Source: Nitrososphaeria archaeon
Lineage (GTDB): Archaea; Thermoproteota; Nitrososphaeria; Nitrososphaerales; Nitrososphaeraceae
DNA length: 46,552 nucleotides
NCBI GenBank assembly: GCA_021324715.1
Contig: JAJPIN010000065.1
Location: 1 to 46,552 of the forward strand
Direction: 5' to 3'
The position numbers and the translations under genes are program-made. Below, piece after piece: positions 1-9,852 of this stretch; within the stretch, counting starts at the first letter, position 1, and the number at the start of each line of letters is the position of its first letter. Under the pieces are notes generated by a model that did not search any database, was not told the DNA's origin, and worked only from the letters and a program-made list of their open reading frames with translations.

Positions 1-17
1 AAAAAGAAAAAAAGAGG
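1..17 (-). terminator. oligo-T terminator downstream of amoC
   Basis: Minus strand reads CCTCTTTTTTTCTTTTT about 40 nt after the amoC stop; archaeal termination at U-tracts is established. Confidence 0.5.
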
Positions 18-58
18 TCGTCGTTCCTGCTTTTATTGACAGCTCTGTGACCGTCAGC

Positions 59-622
59 TTATGGAATTGATCTGCTGTACAGCTTTCCTTCCAGTGCAAG
101 CTTGTACATCTCCGCCACGTATGGATTCTTTCCTGGCGTTTCAGCACCCAGTTCTACTAGACGTGCGTATACTCTTACTACATATGCAAGAGCACCCATG
201 AAAGCCACTACAACTCCCATGTTAAACATCCAATGGTTAGGAACTGCAAAGATTTCTTCCACAAACCAAAAGTGCCACATTTCATTTACACCAATTGTAA
301 ACATGGTTGCAAGATAGCCTATGATGGTTATCTTTAAACCAGTGTTCATTGAATTGCCAGGTCCCCTCAACGCAGGTACCCTTCTGTCATACATCGCCAC
401 AAATCCCCAACCTAACGGTAGAGCTATGAAGTGGCTGTATAACCACCAATGAGCTGGTGTAAATGCACTGTCTCTAATTGCGGTTTGATGAAGAGACCCA
501 TCAACAAAGTTATCTACCTCTACGGATGCTGCGATTGAACCCAGCATGATGACCATGATGTAGATTTTCTTTAGTCTTTGGATTTCTACTTCTTTTGGAA
601 TTAGAGCCGGCATCTGTGCCAT
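59..622 (-). CDS. amoC: ammonia monooxygenase subunit C (archaeal)
   Basis: 187 aa; MAQMPALIPKEVEIQRLKK N-terminus, VDGSLHQ...HWWLYSH metal-site motif, NEMWHFWFVEEIF, KLYSRSIP C-terminus typical of AOA AmoC. Confidence 0.98.
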   Translation of the reverse strand: MAQMPALIPKEVEIQRLKKIYIMVIMLGSIAASVEVDNFVDGSLHQTAIRDSAFTPAHWWLYSHFIALPLGWGFVAMYDRRVPALRGPGNSMNTGLKITIIGYLATMFTIGVNEMWHFWFVEEIFAVPNHWMFNMGVVVAFMGALAYVVRVYARLVELGAETPGKNPYVAEMYKLALEGKLYSRSIP

Positions 623-649
623 TTTAGTCTGACAGATGTTTCATCGATC

Positions 650-657
650 TTTTATAA
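650..657 (-). promoter_or_regulatory. TATA box of amoC
   Basis: TTATAAAA on minus strand about 28-35 nt upstream of the ATG, giving a short leader. Confidence 0.6.
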
Positions 658-773
658 TAACTTGAGGATGTAAAACATGCTATAGAAAGTATAAAATCTG
701 TAATATTAAATGCTAATTATAAAAATTATTATTTGATCTATTTCCTAAATCGAATAAAAATTAGTCTATTAAA

Positions 774-813
774 TGATAATCACAGTTGATAATCGTTTAT
801 GATAATCATTATT
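774..813. promoter_or_regulatory. 3 x TGATAATC direct repeats at 13-bp period, including a Fur-box-like site
   Basis: Exact TGATAATC at 774, 787 and 800; 795-813 GTTTATGATAATCATTATT matches GATAATGATAATCATTATC at 16/19. Confidence 0.55.
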
Positions 814-917
814 GGGAGCACCAAGATATTAATAAATGATTCATCTCATTTTTTCCTATTTATGATCTGGAATCACTCTACATAATATATAAATTATTTT
901 CTTTTCAAGTCAGATTC

Positions 918-1364
918 ATGAATTTGGATGGTAAAGTTAAAGCGAAATTGTTAATACTTTTCTTAATTACGATGTTTTCTGCTACCAGTGTAGCTCATGG
1001 AACAGAAAGCTCCGGAAATGCATCCGGAAAAGCAGATGGTACGATCAGTTGCCCTGATGGAAAATCAGATAAGGGTGAACTTTCTTTCAGCGCATTTAAG
1101 AAAGATGCACCTATATACGGAAGTTGGGAAGTCGTTGTGGACGATTCTTCTCATGACAAGACCAGTAATGGAGGATATCTTGATTCTGGCAAGATAGATA
1201 AAAAAAATTATGATTTGGAAGGTAAAGAGACTACTAGCAATATTTGTGGTTTGGATAAAAAAGCAGATATTTCAATTCAAGGAGATTGTGGAAAAGGAAA
1301 AATTCAGATTCGAGCTGACACGGGTTGGAAAGGAAACTTTGAAGGGAATATTGATTGTGGGTAA
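918..1364 (+). CDS. secreted hypothetical protein
   Basis: K-rich N-terminus, hydrophobic stretch and AxA-like cleavage site; Gly/Ser-rich beta-like mature part with 4 Cys. Confidence 0.8.
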   Translation: MNLDGKVKAKLLILFLITMFSATSVAHGTESSGNASGKADGTISCPDGKSDKGELSFSAFKKDAPIYGSWEVVVDDSSHDKTSNGGYLDSGKIDKKNYDLEGKETTSNICGLDKKADISIQGDCGKGKIQIRADTGWKGNFEGNIDCG

Positions 1365-1556
1365 AAAAGTAGGTTGCTAAGAATAAATGATAATTTATGA
1401 AATTGATCCGTATACTCAGTTTCGACTTGAAATAAGAACAGTAACAGGCTGAAGGCTAAATTTGGTTTTGAATCCATCCCAAGCCTCTCGAACGGCATTG
1501 ATTTAAATTAATTTTAATATACTTTTTATTTATGAGATTTTTTTCAAACTACATAT

Positions 1557-2147
1557 TTGCGTAGAGGTAAAATTATCGTCATAGAGGGAATTGATAAGGC
1601 AGGGAAAACTACACAAGCAAATCTTCTGTTAAAAAAATTAAAAGGCAAGAAATACGTGAAATTTGATTTCCCCGATTATTCTACCCCTGTGGGTATAGAG
1701 ATAAAACAATTCCTAGACGGAAAGAGAGATTATTCGGACGAGGTGAAGATGATGCTCCTTTCTGCAAATAGATGGGAGAAAAAGTCCGAAATTGAATCAA
1801 TTATTGGCAAGGGAACTACAATTATCATGAACAGATATTATCAATCCAATCTAGTCTATGGAATATCAAAGGGCTTAAAATTGAAATGGCTTCTGGCATT
1901 GGATGAAGGATTACCAAAAGCAGATCTTGTGGTAGTAATAGACATCAAAACCAACACCTTGGTTAAACGATCCAGAAATGACATCACTGATACGTTCGAA
2001 CAAGATTTAGATCTTATTCGAAACGTCAGGAGGAATTACAAAATGCTTGCTAACAAATTCAATTGGCACATTATTGACGGAGAAGACACAGTAAATATTG
2101 TTAATGTTCAAGTGGTAGAATTGGTAAGAAAGATTATGAAAATTTAA
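1557..2147 (+). CDS. tmk: thymidylate kinase
   Basis: IVIEGIDKAGKTTQ P-loop, FPDY, ANRWE, (D/N)RY motif. Confidence 0.95.
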   Translation: MRRGKIIVIEGIDKAGKTTQANLLLKKLKGKKYVKFDFPDYSTPVGIEIKQFLDGKRDYSDEVKMMLLSANRWEKKSEIESIIGKGTTIIMNRYYQSNLVYGISKGLKLKWLLALDEGLPKADLVVVIDIKTNTLVKRSRNDITDTFEQDLDLIRNVRRNYKMLANKFNWHIIDGEDTVNIVNVQVVELVRKIMKI

Positions 2148-2178
2148 TTCAGTGTTGCGTTCTTTCTAGGTACATTAT

Positions 2179-3417
2179 ATGAAATTTGTTGGAGAAATTG
2201 CTGATCCTATTCACAAGTTTATCAGGTTTACAGAGCTGGAAAAAAAAGTAATTGATTCAAGCGTATTTCAAAGGTTAAGAAGAATTAAGCAATTGGCTGG
2301 TGCTCATTTAGTATACCCAGCAGCTCAACATTCAAGATTTGAACATTCGCTCGGCACTATGCATCTAGCAGGATTGGCGGGTGAGCATCTATTTTCAATA
2401 GGTGCAATTGACAAAGAATCAATTCAGGAGTTGCGAGTAGCTTCATTATTGCATGATGTTGGCCACGGACCTTTTTCGCATCTTTTTGAAGAAGCATTAA
2501 CGGTTGTAGGTAACAAAAATCATGAGACTATCGGAGCGGAAATTATTTGCAAAACTGAATTGAGCGATATTCTTTCAAGTTTTGGTTATTCCCCATTTAC
2601 TGTTAGTGAGATTTCTTTTGGTAATTCTAGAGTAAAATTCAAAAACGAAATAATTTCTGGTAGTCTCTCCTCAGATCTGATGGATTATCTTCCTCGGGAT
2701 GGCTTTTTTTCTGGCGTAGAGTACGGAAAAGTAGATTACAACAGGATCATTAATTCATTCAATGTAACTGACAATGATAGTCTGGCTTTAGACATTTCAT
2801 CTTTTTACTCTTTTGAATCCATGATTATTTCCAGATTCGAGATGTTCAGGGCAGTCTATTTTCACAAGACGGTACGATCCGCAGAAGTAATGCTTCTTCA
2901 TTCCCTGTTGCTTTCAAGTGACATTTTAAACTTGAGTAGAATATCCATTTCAAACTATCTAAAACTAACTGATGATAGTATACTGTGGAAGATCTGCACA
3001 GATTCAGAGAACAAAATTGCGAGAGAAATGATTTCTAACTATTTGGACAGGCGATTATTAAAATGCGTTTATGAGAGATTTATTCGAAAACGAGATAATT
3101 ATACAAAGCTTAACAGAACTAAAATTGAAGAATTGAGATTGAGAATTGCAAGATTATCAAATATTGATGAAAGAAAAATTTTCCTTGATACCTATGGCAT
3201 TTCCCTTGTTCCGCTCTCTCCAAATAAACAGGAATTGAAATCAATACTTCTTGTTAGTGAGGACGAATTCTTTAAACAACCAGTTTCTAATCTCCCTCTG
3301 GTAAATTCAATAACAGGTTATCTTGACATGATAAGAGTATATACCAACCAGAAGGATCGGAAAAAAATTGCAAATATATCAAAAGATGTCCTGGACAAGG
3401 AGTTACCAGAAAAATAA
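2179..3417 (+). CDS. HD-domain phosphohydrolase (SAMHD1-like dNTP triphosphohydrolase family)
   Basis: DPIH, FQRLRRIKQL, HSRFEHSLG, LLHDVGHGPFSH, DLMDYL.RD, VYFHKT. Confidence 0.92.
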   Translation: MKFVGEIADPIHKFIRFTELEKKVIDSSVFQRLRRIKQLAGAHLVYPAAQHSRFEHSLGTMHLAGLAGEHLFSIGAIDKESIQELRVASLLHDVGHGPFSHLFEEALTVVGNKNHETIGAEIICKTELSDILSSFGYSPFTVSEISFGNSRVKFKNEIISGSLSSDLMDYLPRDGFFSGVEYGKVDYNRIINSFNVTDNDSLALDISSFYSFESMIISRFEMFRAVYFHKTVRSAEVMLLHSLLLSSDILNLSRISISNYLKLTDDSILWKICTDSENKIAREMISNYLDRRLLKCVYERFIRKRDNYTKLNRTKIEELRLRIARLSNIDERKIFLDTYGISLVPLSPNKQELKSILLVSEDEFFKQPVSNLPLVNSITGYLDMIRVYTNQKDRKKIANISKDVLDKELPEK

Positions 3418-4124
3418 TGAGTACCTCTAATAAATCCTCAAAACAAAAAAGAATTCTAGTCATAAAATTAAGTGGTAGTGTTTTTAATTTTAATACTACG
3501 CCGGCATCTTTGAAAGAGTATGCTCAACTTTTACTTGACATACAAACCAAAGTTCAACCAGTTGTAGTTTCAGGAGGTGGAATAATAGCAAGGCATTACG
3601 TTAATTTGGCCAGATCATTGGGTTCGGATGAAAGTAGTCTTGATGAAATGGGCATAAAAGTTTCAAGATTAAATGCAATGTTGCTTTCTTCGGCACTGGG
3701 AAATTCTGCTTACCCAATTATTCCGTCCGATCTTGAGGAAATTAGTATTGCATGTCAATCAGGCAAAATTATTGTCAGTGGTGGTCTTCATCCGGGTCAA
3801 AGTACCAATGCTACAGCAGCACTTATTTGTGAAAAAATTAAGGCCTACAGATTCTTAAATGCAACGGACGTTGATGGTATATACGATACGGATCCAAAAA
3901 AGAATCCAAGAGCAAAACTCTTTAAAGAAATTACCATAAAAAAGTGCTTACAACTCTTGAACAGTGAAAGTACTCTGGCAGGAAATTATGACCTTATGGA
4001 CATCGTCGCTATGAAGGTGATAGAAAGATCTAAGATTTCGACATGGGTTATAAAATCCGATCCTAATGTTATCAGACATCTCATCATGAAAAATAGCCAA
4101 ACTGGTACAAAAATTATTGTTTAG
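3417..4124 (+). CDS. pyrH: UMP kinase
   Basis: VIKLSGS, VSGGG, GGLHPGQSTNATAA, TDVDGIYD.DP; TAATG coupling to upstream gene. Confidence 0.95.
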   Translation: MSTSNKSSKQKRILVIKLSGSVFNFNTTPASLKEYAQLLLDIQTKVQPVVVSGGGIIARHYVNLARSLGSDESSLDEMGIKVSRLNAMLLSSALGNSAYPIIPSDLEEISIACQSGKIIVSGGLHPGQSTNATAALICEKIKAYRFLNATDVDGIYDTDPKKNPRAKLFKEITIKKCLQLLNSESTLAGNYDLMDIVAMKVIERSKISTWVIKSDPNVIRHLIMKNSQTGTKIIV

Positions 4125-4287
4125 AATAATTGAAATAATTATATTTACTATTTAGAAGCTATCTCATTCTAGTAATAAAATGATAGTAACGAGATACCAA
4201 AACTAGTAACTCTTACTACTATGGAATCCAATCTGTTAAATTGATCAAGTGCGGATATAGTTTTCAGCTGCTGCTTTACAACACCAT

Positions 4288-4605
4288 TTATGAAACAGTC
4301 TTGATTTGTCCCTTAAATTCTATAAAACCGTCATTTAGCATTTTTCTATACACTTCACTGGCCTTTTCTCTTGGTAACGGTTTTGATTGGGCCTTCGTAT
4401 AACCATCATTATCACACAAAAATAACATGGACTCGGTTTCTCTATCCATTTTGGTCACCAGCATTTCTTCACCTACCGGTGAAAATCCATTTCCATCTTG
4501 TTTTACGGTATATGTTAACATGGCATAGCCTGTATAATCAAATAGCTTTAATTGAGCCTTTTTAGATCGTTCAAGTCCAATAAAAGATGCTTTGTGATAT
4601 TGCAT
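4288..4605 (-). CDS. hypothetical protein
   Basis: 105 aa ATG ORF filling an intergenic gap, protein-like composition. Confidence 0.75.
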   Translation of the reverse strand: MQYHKASFIGLERSKKAQLKLFDYTGYAMLTYTVKQDGNGFSPVGEEMLVTKMDRETESMLFLCDNDGYTKAQSKPLPREKASEVYRKMLNDGFIEFKGQIKTVS

Positions 4606-4790
4606 AAACTCTTATTGATTTTATCTTCTAAAAGTATTTGCTCTTAAGGATAAGCTTTGTTTTATATCGTGGACCATGGTCCGTACTCTAATTGGACTTA
4701 AAATAAGCTATTGGGTCCAACAATATATTATCAAATTCTAGTCTACCAATATAATTATTATACCTAGATTGCATATTTCCGAATATTGTA

Positions 4791-5690
4791 ATGTCTTCAT
4801 TTAGGATGTCGATACCTGAACATATTGATGAGCTAAGAGTTAGGCTTATTCGTATAATAATTTGCATTGCAATAATAACTATTTTTACAATGAGTTTTAG
4901 CATAAAAACTACAATTATTCCTATATCACTTCCATTCCTCAATCCAACTCATCTAACTTATCTGAAAGTATATTATCCATACCCAGAACCATTTAACAAC
5001 ATAGCCCTGCAATTGACAACTTTTATGAAGGATACCTTACTTCCATCAGAAGTAAAGTTTATTCAGACAGCTCCCGGTCAGGTGTTCTTTGGTCAGATTT
5101 ACCTCTCATTGCTAATTGGCTTGACATGTTCTTTGCCAATCGTAATTAAAGAGATATATGGTTTTGTTTCTCCTGCGTTTAATCGGGCAAAAAGAAAAGG
5201 AGAAACCGGAGAAACGAGTGTATCAACTAAAGCGTCTTCACCGTCATCCACAAAAATAAAACTTGTCAAAATATTATTGCCAACGTTTCTTTTGTTTGTA
5301 TTTGGTCTAGTATTCTCATATGTGCTTGTAATCCCGTGGACCCTAGATTTTCTATACAGTTATGGTGAATCTATAGGCGCTGAAGCTTTTCTGACAGTCA
5401 ATGATTTCATAACATTTGTACTTCAATTCGTTCTTGGGTTTGGTATTGCCTTTCAGCTTCCAATCATAATGTATGTACTATCCCTAAGTGGCTTAACTGA
5501 TTCAAAATTCTGGCAAAAAAACTTTAGATATGCAATCATAATTATAACGATTTTTGGTGCAGTAATAACACCAGACGGAAGCGGGATTACAATGTGGTTT
5601 GTTGCACTGCCCATGATTGCTCTCTACGCTTTCGGCATAATAGCAATTAGACGAAATGAGCGTAAGGTAGTTACTGCTGAATCTAGTTGA
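4791..5690 (+). CDS. tatC: twin-arginine translocase subunit TatC
   Basis: HIDELRVRL, FVSPA, FGIAFQLP, KNFRYA, GAVITPDG, P..ALY; six TM segments. Confidence 0.95.
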   Translation: MSSFRMSIPEHIDELRVRLIRIIICIAIITIFTMSFSIKTTIIPISLPFLNPTHLTYLKVYYPYPEPFNNIALQLTTFMKDTLLPSEVKFIQTAPGQVFFGQIYLSLLIGLTCSLPIVIKEIYGFVSPAFNRAKRKGETGETSVSTKASSPSSTKIKLVKILLPTFLLFVFGLVFSYVLVIPWTLDFLYSYGESIGAEAFLTVNDFITFVLQFVLGFGIAFQLPIIMYVLSLSGLTDSKFWQKNFRYAIIIITIFGAVITPDGSGITMWFVALPMIALYAFGIIAIRRNERKVVTAESS

Positions 5691-5794
5691 AAATGATATT
5701 CACCTTACTTGACACAAAAAACTAGTTCATGATCATGGCAGCAAAAGATAATTATCCATTTTCCATATTTGGAGTTAATCCCAGTGAACAATAA

Positions 5795-8488
5795 TTGGAT
5801 CAATCGCCACTTCTTCAAAACGATAAGCAATACCTGAGTTACGAGAAGGAACTTCCTGAAAATACTCGTGTCATGCTCATTTCAGCAGTTTATTCTGGTG
5901 AAAATCAGAAAGTCAAATTAAAATTTTACGATCCTAATTTGCATGTAATATATTTTTGGCAGGATAAAACGAATCACAAACCCTATTGTTATACTAAATT
6001 GGAATACGAAAAAAGAGCAGAAGAAATTGCAGCCGTTGAAAAGAAATTTGAGTTAAAGAGAATACCAAAAATAGACCTATTGTCAGACAGAGAAATTCAG
6101 GCAATAAAAATAATTGCTCCTGATCCTCTGTCAATAGGAGGCAGGGGTGGCATAAGAGAAAAGCTCACTGTATGGGAAGCCAACATCAAGTATCACGAAA
6201 ATTATCTTTATGATACAAGGTTAATCCCTGGTTCATACTACAAAAGAAAAGGAGATGAAATAATTGAAGATCCTTACAAGATGTCAGAAATCGTCCAGAA
6301 TGCATTGAAAAATTTTCTTTGGGACAAAATCCTAGACAGCAAAGAGGCAAGAAATGATAAATACAGAGAATATGTTAGAGAATGGGCAGATCTATTAAAT
6401 CAACCTATTCCAGAAATAAAGAGGTTAGCTCTTGATATTGAAGTAGATTCAGAGGAGGGACGAATGCCTGTACCACGAGAACACGATAGGAAAGTTACTG
6501 CAGTAGGAATCGTCTCAAATGATGAAAGAAAAGTATTCCTTCTTGAACAAGATAAAAATCCCGATGATGGAACAGAATTAATTCCTGAAGCAGTAATGTG
6601 CAAGACTGAAAAAGAACTATTAGAAAAAACTTTTAAATTAATTTCGTCATACAATTTATTAGTTACTTTTAATGGTGATGATTTTGATCTTCCCTATCTT
6701 TATGAAAGATCTCAAGATCCCGCAATTGATCCTATAAACCATACAATAATACCAAAGGAAGAAATTCCTATACTGGTTAAGCGAGACACAGTTATCAAGA
6801 AAGGTATTCAAACAGAACCGGTTCAATTAAGACATGGCGTTCACATTGATTTATTTAGAACATTTCAAAATAGGTCCATTCAAATTTACGCATTCAGTCA
6901 CAAATATTCTGAATATAGATTAAATGCCATCTCAGAAGCACTATTAAATGATAGCAAAATTGAATTTGAGGGCAATATTGGCGACTTGCCAATCCAAAAA
7001 TTGGCACAATATTGCCTAAAAGATACTGAATTGACTTTTAGATTAACAAGATTTAATGACAATCTACTTCTGAAGCTATTGTTTGTGATTGCTAGAATAT
7101 CTAGACTTTCTGTTGAAGACCTTTCTAGAGTAGGTGTGAACCAATGGATAAGGGGAATGCTCTTTTATGAACATAGAAAGATAAACGCGCTGATTCCGCG
7201 CACCGAAGAATTACGTTACAAGGGTGAGGTATCTACTACCGCAATTATAAAAGAAAAAAAGTACAGGGGGGGACTTGTCGTAGAGCCAACACCAGGAATC
7301 CACTTCAATGTATCAGTAGTTGATTTTGCAAGTCTATATCCTAGTATAATAAACGTCCATAACTTATCTTACGAAACAGTAAATTGTCCACATGATTCTT
7401 GCAGTCAAGATCCACACCAAAAGATCCCTGATACCGCATATTGGACATGCAAGGAGAAAAAGGGAATTACTTCGCTTCTTATAGGATCACTGAGAGACCT
7501 GCGAGTAAATTACTATAAGCAGCTATCAAAAGACAAAACAATTTCACCTGAAGAACGACAACTCTACACGGTAGTAAGTCAGGCAATTAAAGTAATTCTC
7601 AATGCAAGTTACGGTGTAATGGGCGCAGAAATATTTCCACTATACTGCCTACCAGTTGCGGATGCCACGGCAGCTATTGGAAGAAATATAATCACCAAAA
7701 CAATAGATAAATGTAGGGAATCAGGAGTAGAAGTTGTCTATGGTGACACAGATTCTTTATTTTTGAGGGATCCGTCACAAGGTAAGGTGGAAGAAATTTC
7801 AAAATGGGCCAAAACCAATCAAGGCGTAGATCTGGAATTGGACAAAGAATACCGATATGTTGTATTTAACAATCTAAAGAAAAATTATCTGGGTGTCTTG
7901 AAGGATGGAACTGTCGATGTAAAGGGATTAACAGGCAAAAAATCCCACACTCCCGCTTTTATTAGGAAAACGTTTTACAGCATGTTAGATATATTGGGTA
8001 AAGTTAACACTGAAAAGGATTTTGATACTGCTAGAGAGAAAATCAAAAATATTGTTCGTGAAAGCGCAAAAAAATTAGAGTCAGATGAATACCCAATGGA
8101 GGAACTATCTTTTAACGTTATGATAAATAAGTCCCCAGAAAAATATGGCAAAAAGAGTAGTGAAAATAAAAGAATAACCTCAATAGATGGTCATGATTCT
8201 ATCAACAATTCAATAAAGGGTATCCCGCAGCACATAAAGGCAGCATTGTTATTTTCAAATGGAAGGCAAGCTAAAGCAGGGGACATAATCTCGTATGTAA
8301 AAACTAAGACTTCTGAAGGAGTCAAACCTGTTGAGCTAGCTACCCATAAGGAAATTGATACTGAAAAATACTTGGAGGCTATGGAATCCACTTTAGATCA
8401 AATTTTAACCGCTCTAGATGTAAATTTCAAGTCTATAATTGGCAAACCAAGACAAAGTAATTTAGATGAATTATTCTGGTCAAATTAG
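5795..8488 (+). CDS. polB: family B DNA polymerase (PolB1)
   Basis: Exonuclease LDIEV and FNGDDFD; polymerase DFASLYPS, KVILNASYG, YGDTDS; C-terminal PIP box QSNLDELF. Confidence 0.97.
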   Translation: MDQSPLLQNDKQYLSYEKELPENTRVMLISAVYSGENQKVKLKFYDPNLHVIYFWQDKTNHKPYCYTKLEYEKRAEEIAAVEKKFELKRIPKIDLLSDREIQAIKIIAPDPLSIGGRGGIREKLTVWEANIKYHENYLYDTRLIPGSYYKRKGDEIIEDPYKMSEIVQNALKNFLWDKILDSKEARNDKYREYVREWADLLNQPIPEIKRLALDIEVDSEEGRMPVPREHDRKVTAVGIVSNDERKVFLLEQDKNPDDGTELIPEAVMCKTEKELLEKTFKLISSYNLLVTFNGDDFDLPYLYERSQDPAIDPINHTIIPKEEIPILVKRDTVIKKGIQTEPVQLRHGVHIDLFRTFQNRSIQIYAFSHKYSEYRLNAISEALLNDSKIEFEGNIGDLPIQKLAQYCLKDTELTFRLTRFNDNLLLKLLFVIARISRLSVEDLSRVGVNQWIRGMLFYEHRKINALIPRTEELRYKGEVSTTAIIKEKKYRGGLVVEPTPGIHFNVSVVDFASLYPSIINVHNLSYETVNCPHDSCSQDPHQKIPDTAYWTCKEKKGITSLLIGSLRDLRVNYYKQLSKDKTISPEERQLYTVVSQAIKVILNASYGVMGAEIFPLYCLPVADATAAIGRNIITKTIDKCRESGVEVVYGDTDSLFLRDPSQGKVEEISKWAKTNQGVDLELDKEYRYVVFNNLKKNYLGVLKDGTVDVKGLTGKKSHTPAFIRKTFYSMLDILGKVNTEKDFDTAREKIKNIVRESAKKLESDEYPMEELSFNVMINKSPEKYGKKSSENKRITSIDGHDSINNSIKGIPQHIKAALLFSNGRQAKAGDIISYVKTKTSEGVKPVELATHKEIDTEKYLEAMESTLDQILTALDVNFKSIIGKPRQSNLDELFWSN

Positions 8489-8547
8489 CAAAATTTATCA
8501 AATTGCTTAAATAAATATAATCGTCTACAGTTATTCAATAAGACAAA

Positions 8548-9495
8548 TTGACAATTTTAAATCTTTTCGATTCTCTCTTTATTACTCCGGAAAGAACCAA
8601 AGCTGGAGCTTCCTTCGGGGATATTGATACGAAAATTTCATACGGTGATGCAAAATTAGTATTCTTTGGTATTCCATTGGAGCTAACTACATCATTCGGA
8701 AAAGGTACAAAAAGAGGTCCAGAAGCGATCAGGAGTGCTTCTGCACGTCAGATTGAAACATTCATTTACGATGAAAAAAAGGACATTAAGGAAATTGCCA
8801 AAATTTTCGATTTGGGAGACGTTAAAATACCTAATTATCACGATCATAAATTACATTCCATCTTTTCCTTTCTGGATGAAAAGATTCCTCCTCTGGTAAA
8901 AGAACTATCTAGGAATAAGAAAAAACCATTTATCCTTGGAGGAGAACATACCATAACGTATTTTTGTTTTAAGGGTCTTTCAGATAATCAGCCTCTCTTG
9001 ATACACTTTGATGCACATAGAGATTTAAAACCCGAATATGATGGTATGAAACTCTGTCATACTACCCCATTCTATAGGTTGATAGATGAAGGATACATTC
9101 AAGGCAAAAATATCATACAAATAGGTATCAGACAAACAGATAAGAACGAAAATAATATTGCAGAAAAAAATGGTATTATAACCTTCGACCCATGGAAAAT
9201 AAAAAAAAATATTGATGATGTATCAACTTATATTTCCAAGGTTACTGCCAATAGAAACATATACATATCGTTCGACATTGATGTTTATGATTCGCCATAC
9301 GTTCCTTGTACAGGAACTCCTGAGCCATTTGGATTGGATCCGTTTGAAATAATTAAGCTATTCAAAAGTATTAACGATTCGGCGAGTCTGTTAGGAATGG
9401 ATTTTGTAGAGGTTTCACTCAAAAACCATGATTACAGGGAAGGTACGCTTGCTGCACAAACTCTTTTAAGGATAATTCCTAGAAAGTATGTTTAG
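8548..9495 (+). CDS. speB: agmatinase / ureohydrolase family
   Basis: G...GPEAIR, LGGEHT, FDAHRD, SFDIDVYD, TGTPEP.G. Confidence 0.85.
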   Translation: MTILNLFDSLFITPERTKAGASFGDIDTKISYGDAKLVFFGIPLELTTSFGKGTKRGPEAIRSASARQIETFIYDEKKDIKEIAKIFDLGDVKIPNYHDHKLHSIFSFLDEKIPPLVKELSRNKKKPFILGGEHTITYFCFKGLSDNQPLLIHFDAHRDLKPEYDGMKLCHTTPFYRLIDEGYIQGKNIIQIGIRQTDKNENNIAEKNGIITFDPWKIKKNIDDVSTYISKVTANRNIYISFDIDVYDSPYVPCTGTPEPFGLDPFEIIKLFKSINDSASLLGMDFVEVSLKNHDYREGTLAAQTLLRIIPRKYV

Positions 9496-9559
9496 CTGAA
9501 TGGAAATGATTGGTATACTAGTCAGCTTGTAATTATTGTTGTACTGTTTTACTATTATA

Positions 9560-9769
9560 TTAGCCCCATCTGGCTCTCTCGTTTTCTCTATCTTCTTTTG
9601 TCGCTTTTTTCCATTCCTTATAGTGTTGTCTACATAGATACACCCTTTTGTTTGAAGTATTAACTTGTAAATCTGAAGCCATGCTTGCCTTACTTCCACT
9701 GATTGATCTCTCAGCTGAATTTGAGCATCCACTTACACTGCAGTTTACCCCTTTGTCTACTCTTCCCAT
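9560..9769 (-). CDS. small putative zinc-finger protein
   Basis: CSVSGC...LCRQH metal-ligand pattern in 69 aa; upstream TTTATATTTA TATA. Confidence 0.8.
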   Translation of the reverse strand: MGRVDKGVNCSVSGCSNSAERSISGSKASMASDLQVNTSNKRVYLCRQHYKEWKKATKEDRENERARWG

Positions 9770-9852
9770 TTGAATGGGATCTAATTATTAAATATAAAAA
9801 CATTAAATGAATGACATAATGGTAAATTTAATCCTCTACCTGTATCAGTATT

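Noticed and set aside
1304-1498. 64-aa minus-strand ORF
   Set aside because: Overlaps the 3' end of the secreted gene and has no motif; probably spurious
4688-4942. 84-aa minus ORF and the many other short antisense or alternate-frame ORFs in the track
   Set aside because: They are shadows of well-supported genes on the other strand or frame
5795-8488. Intein in PolB (or in Cdc6)
   Set aside because: Lengths are normal and motifs contiguous; only a roughly 20-aa loop insertion near the PolB C-terminus
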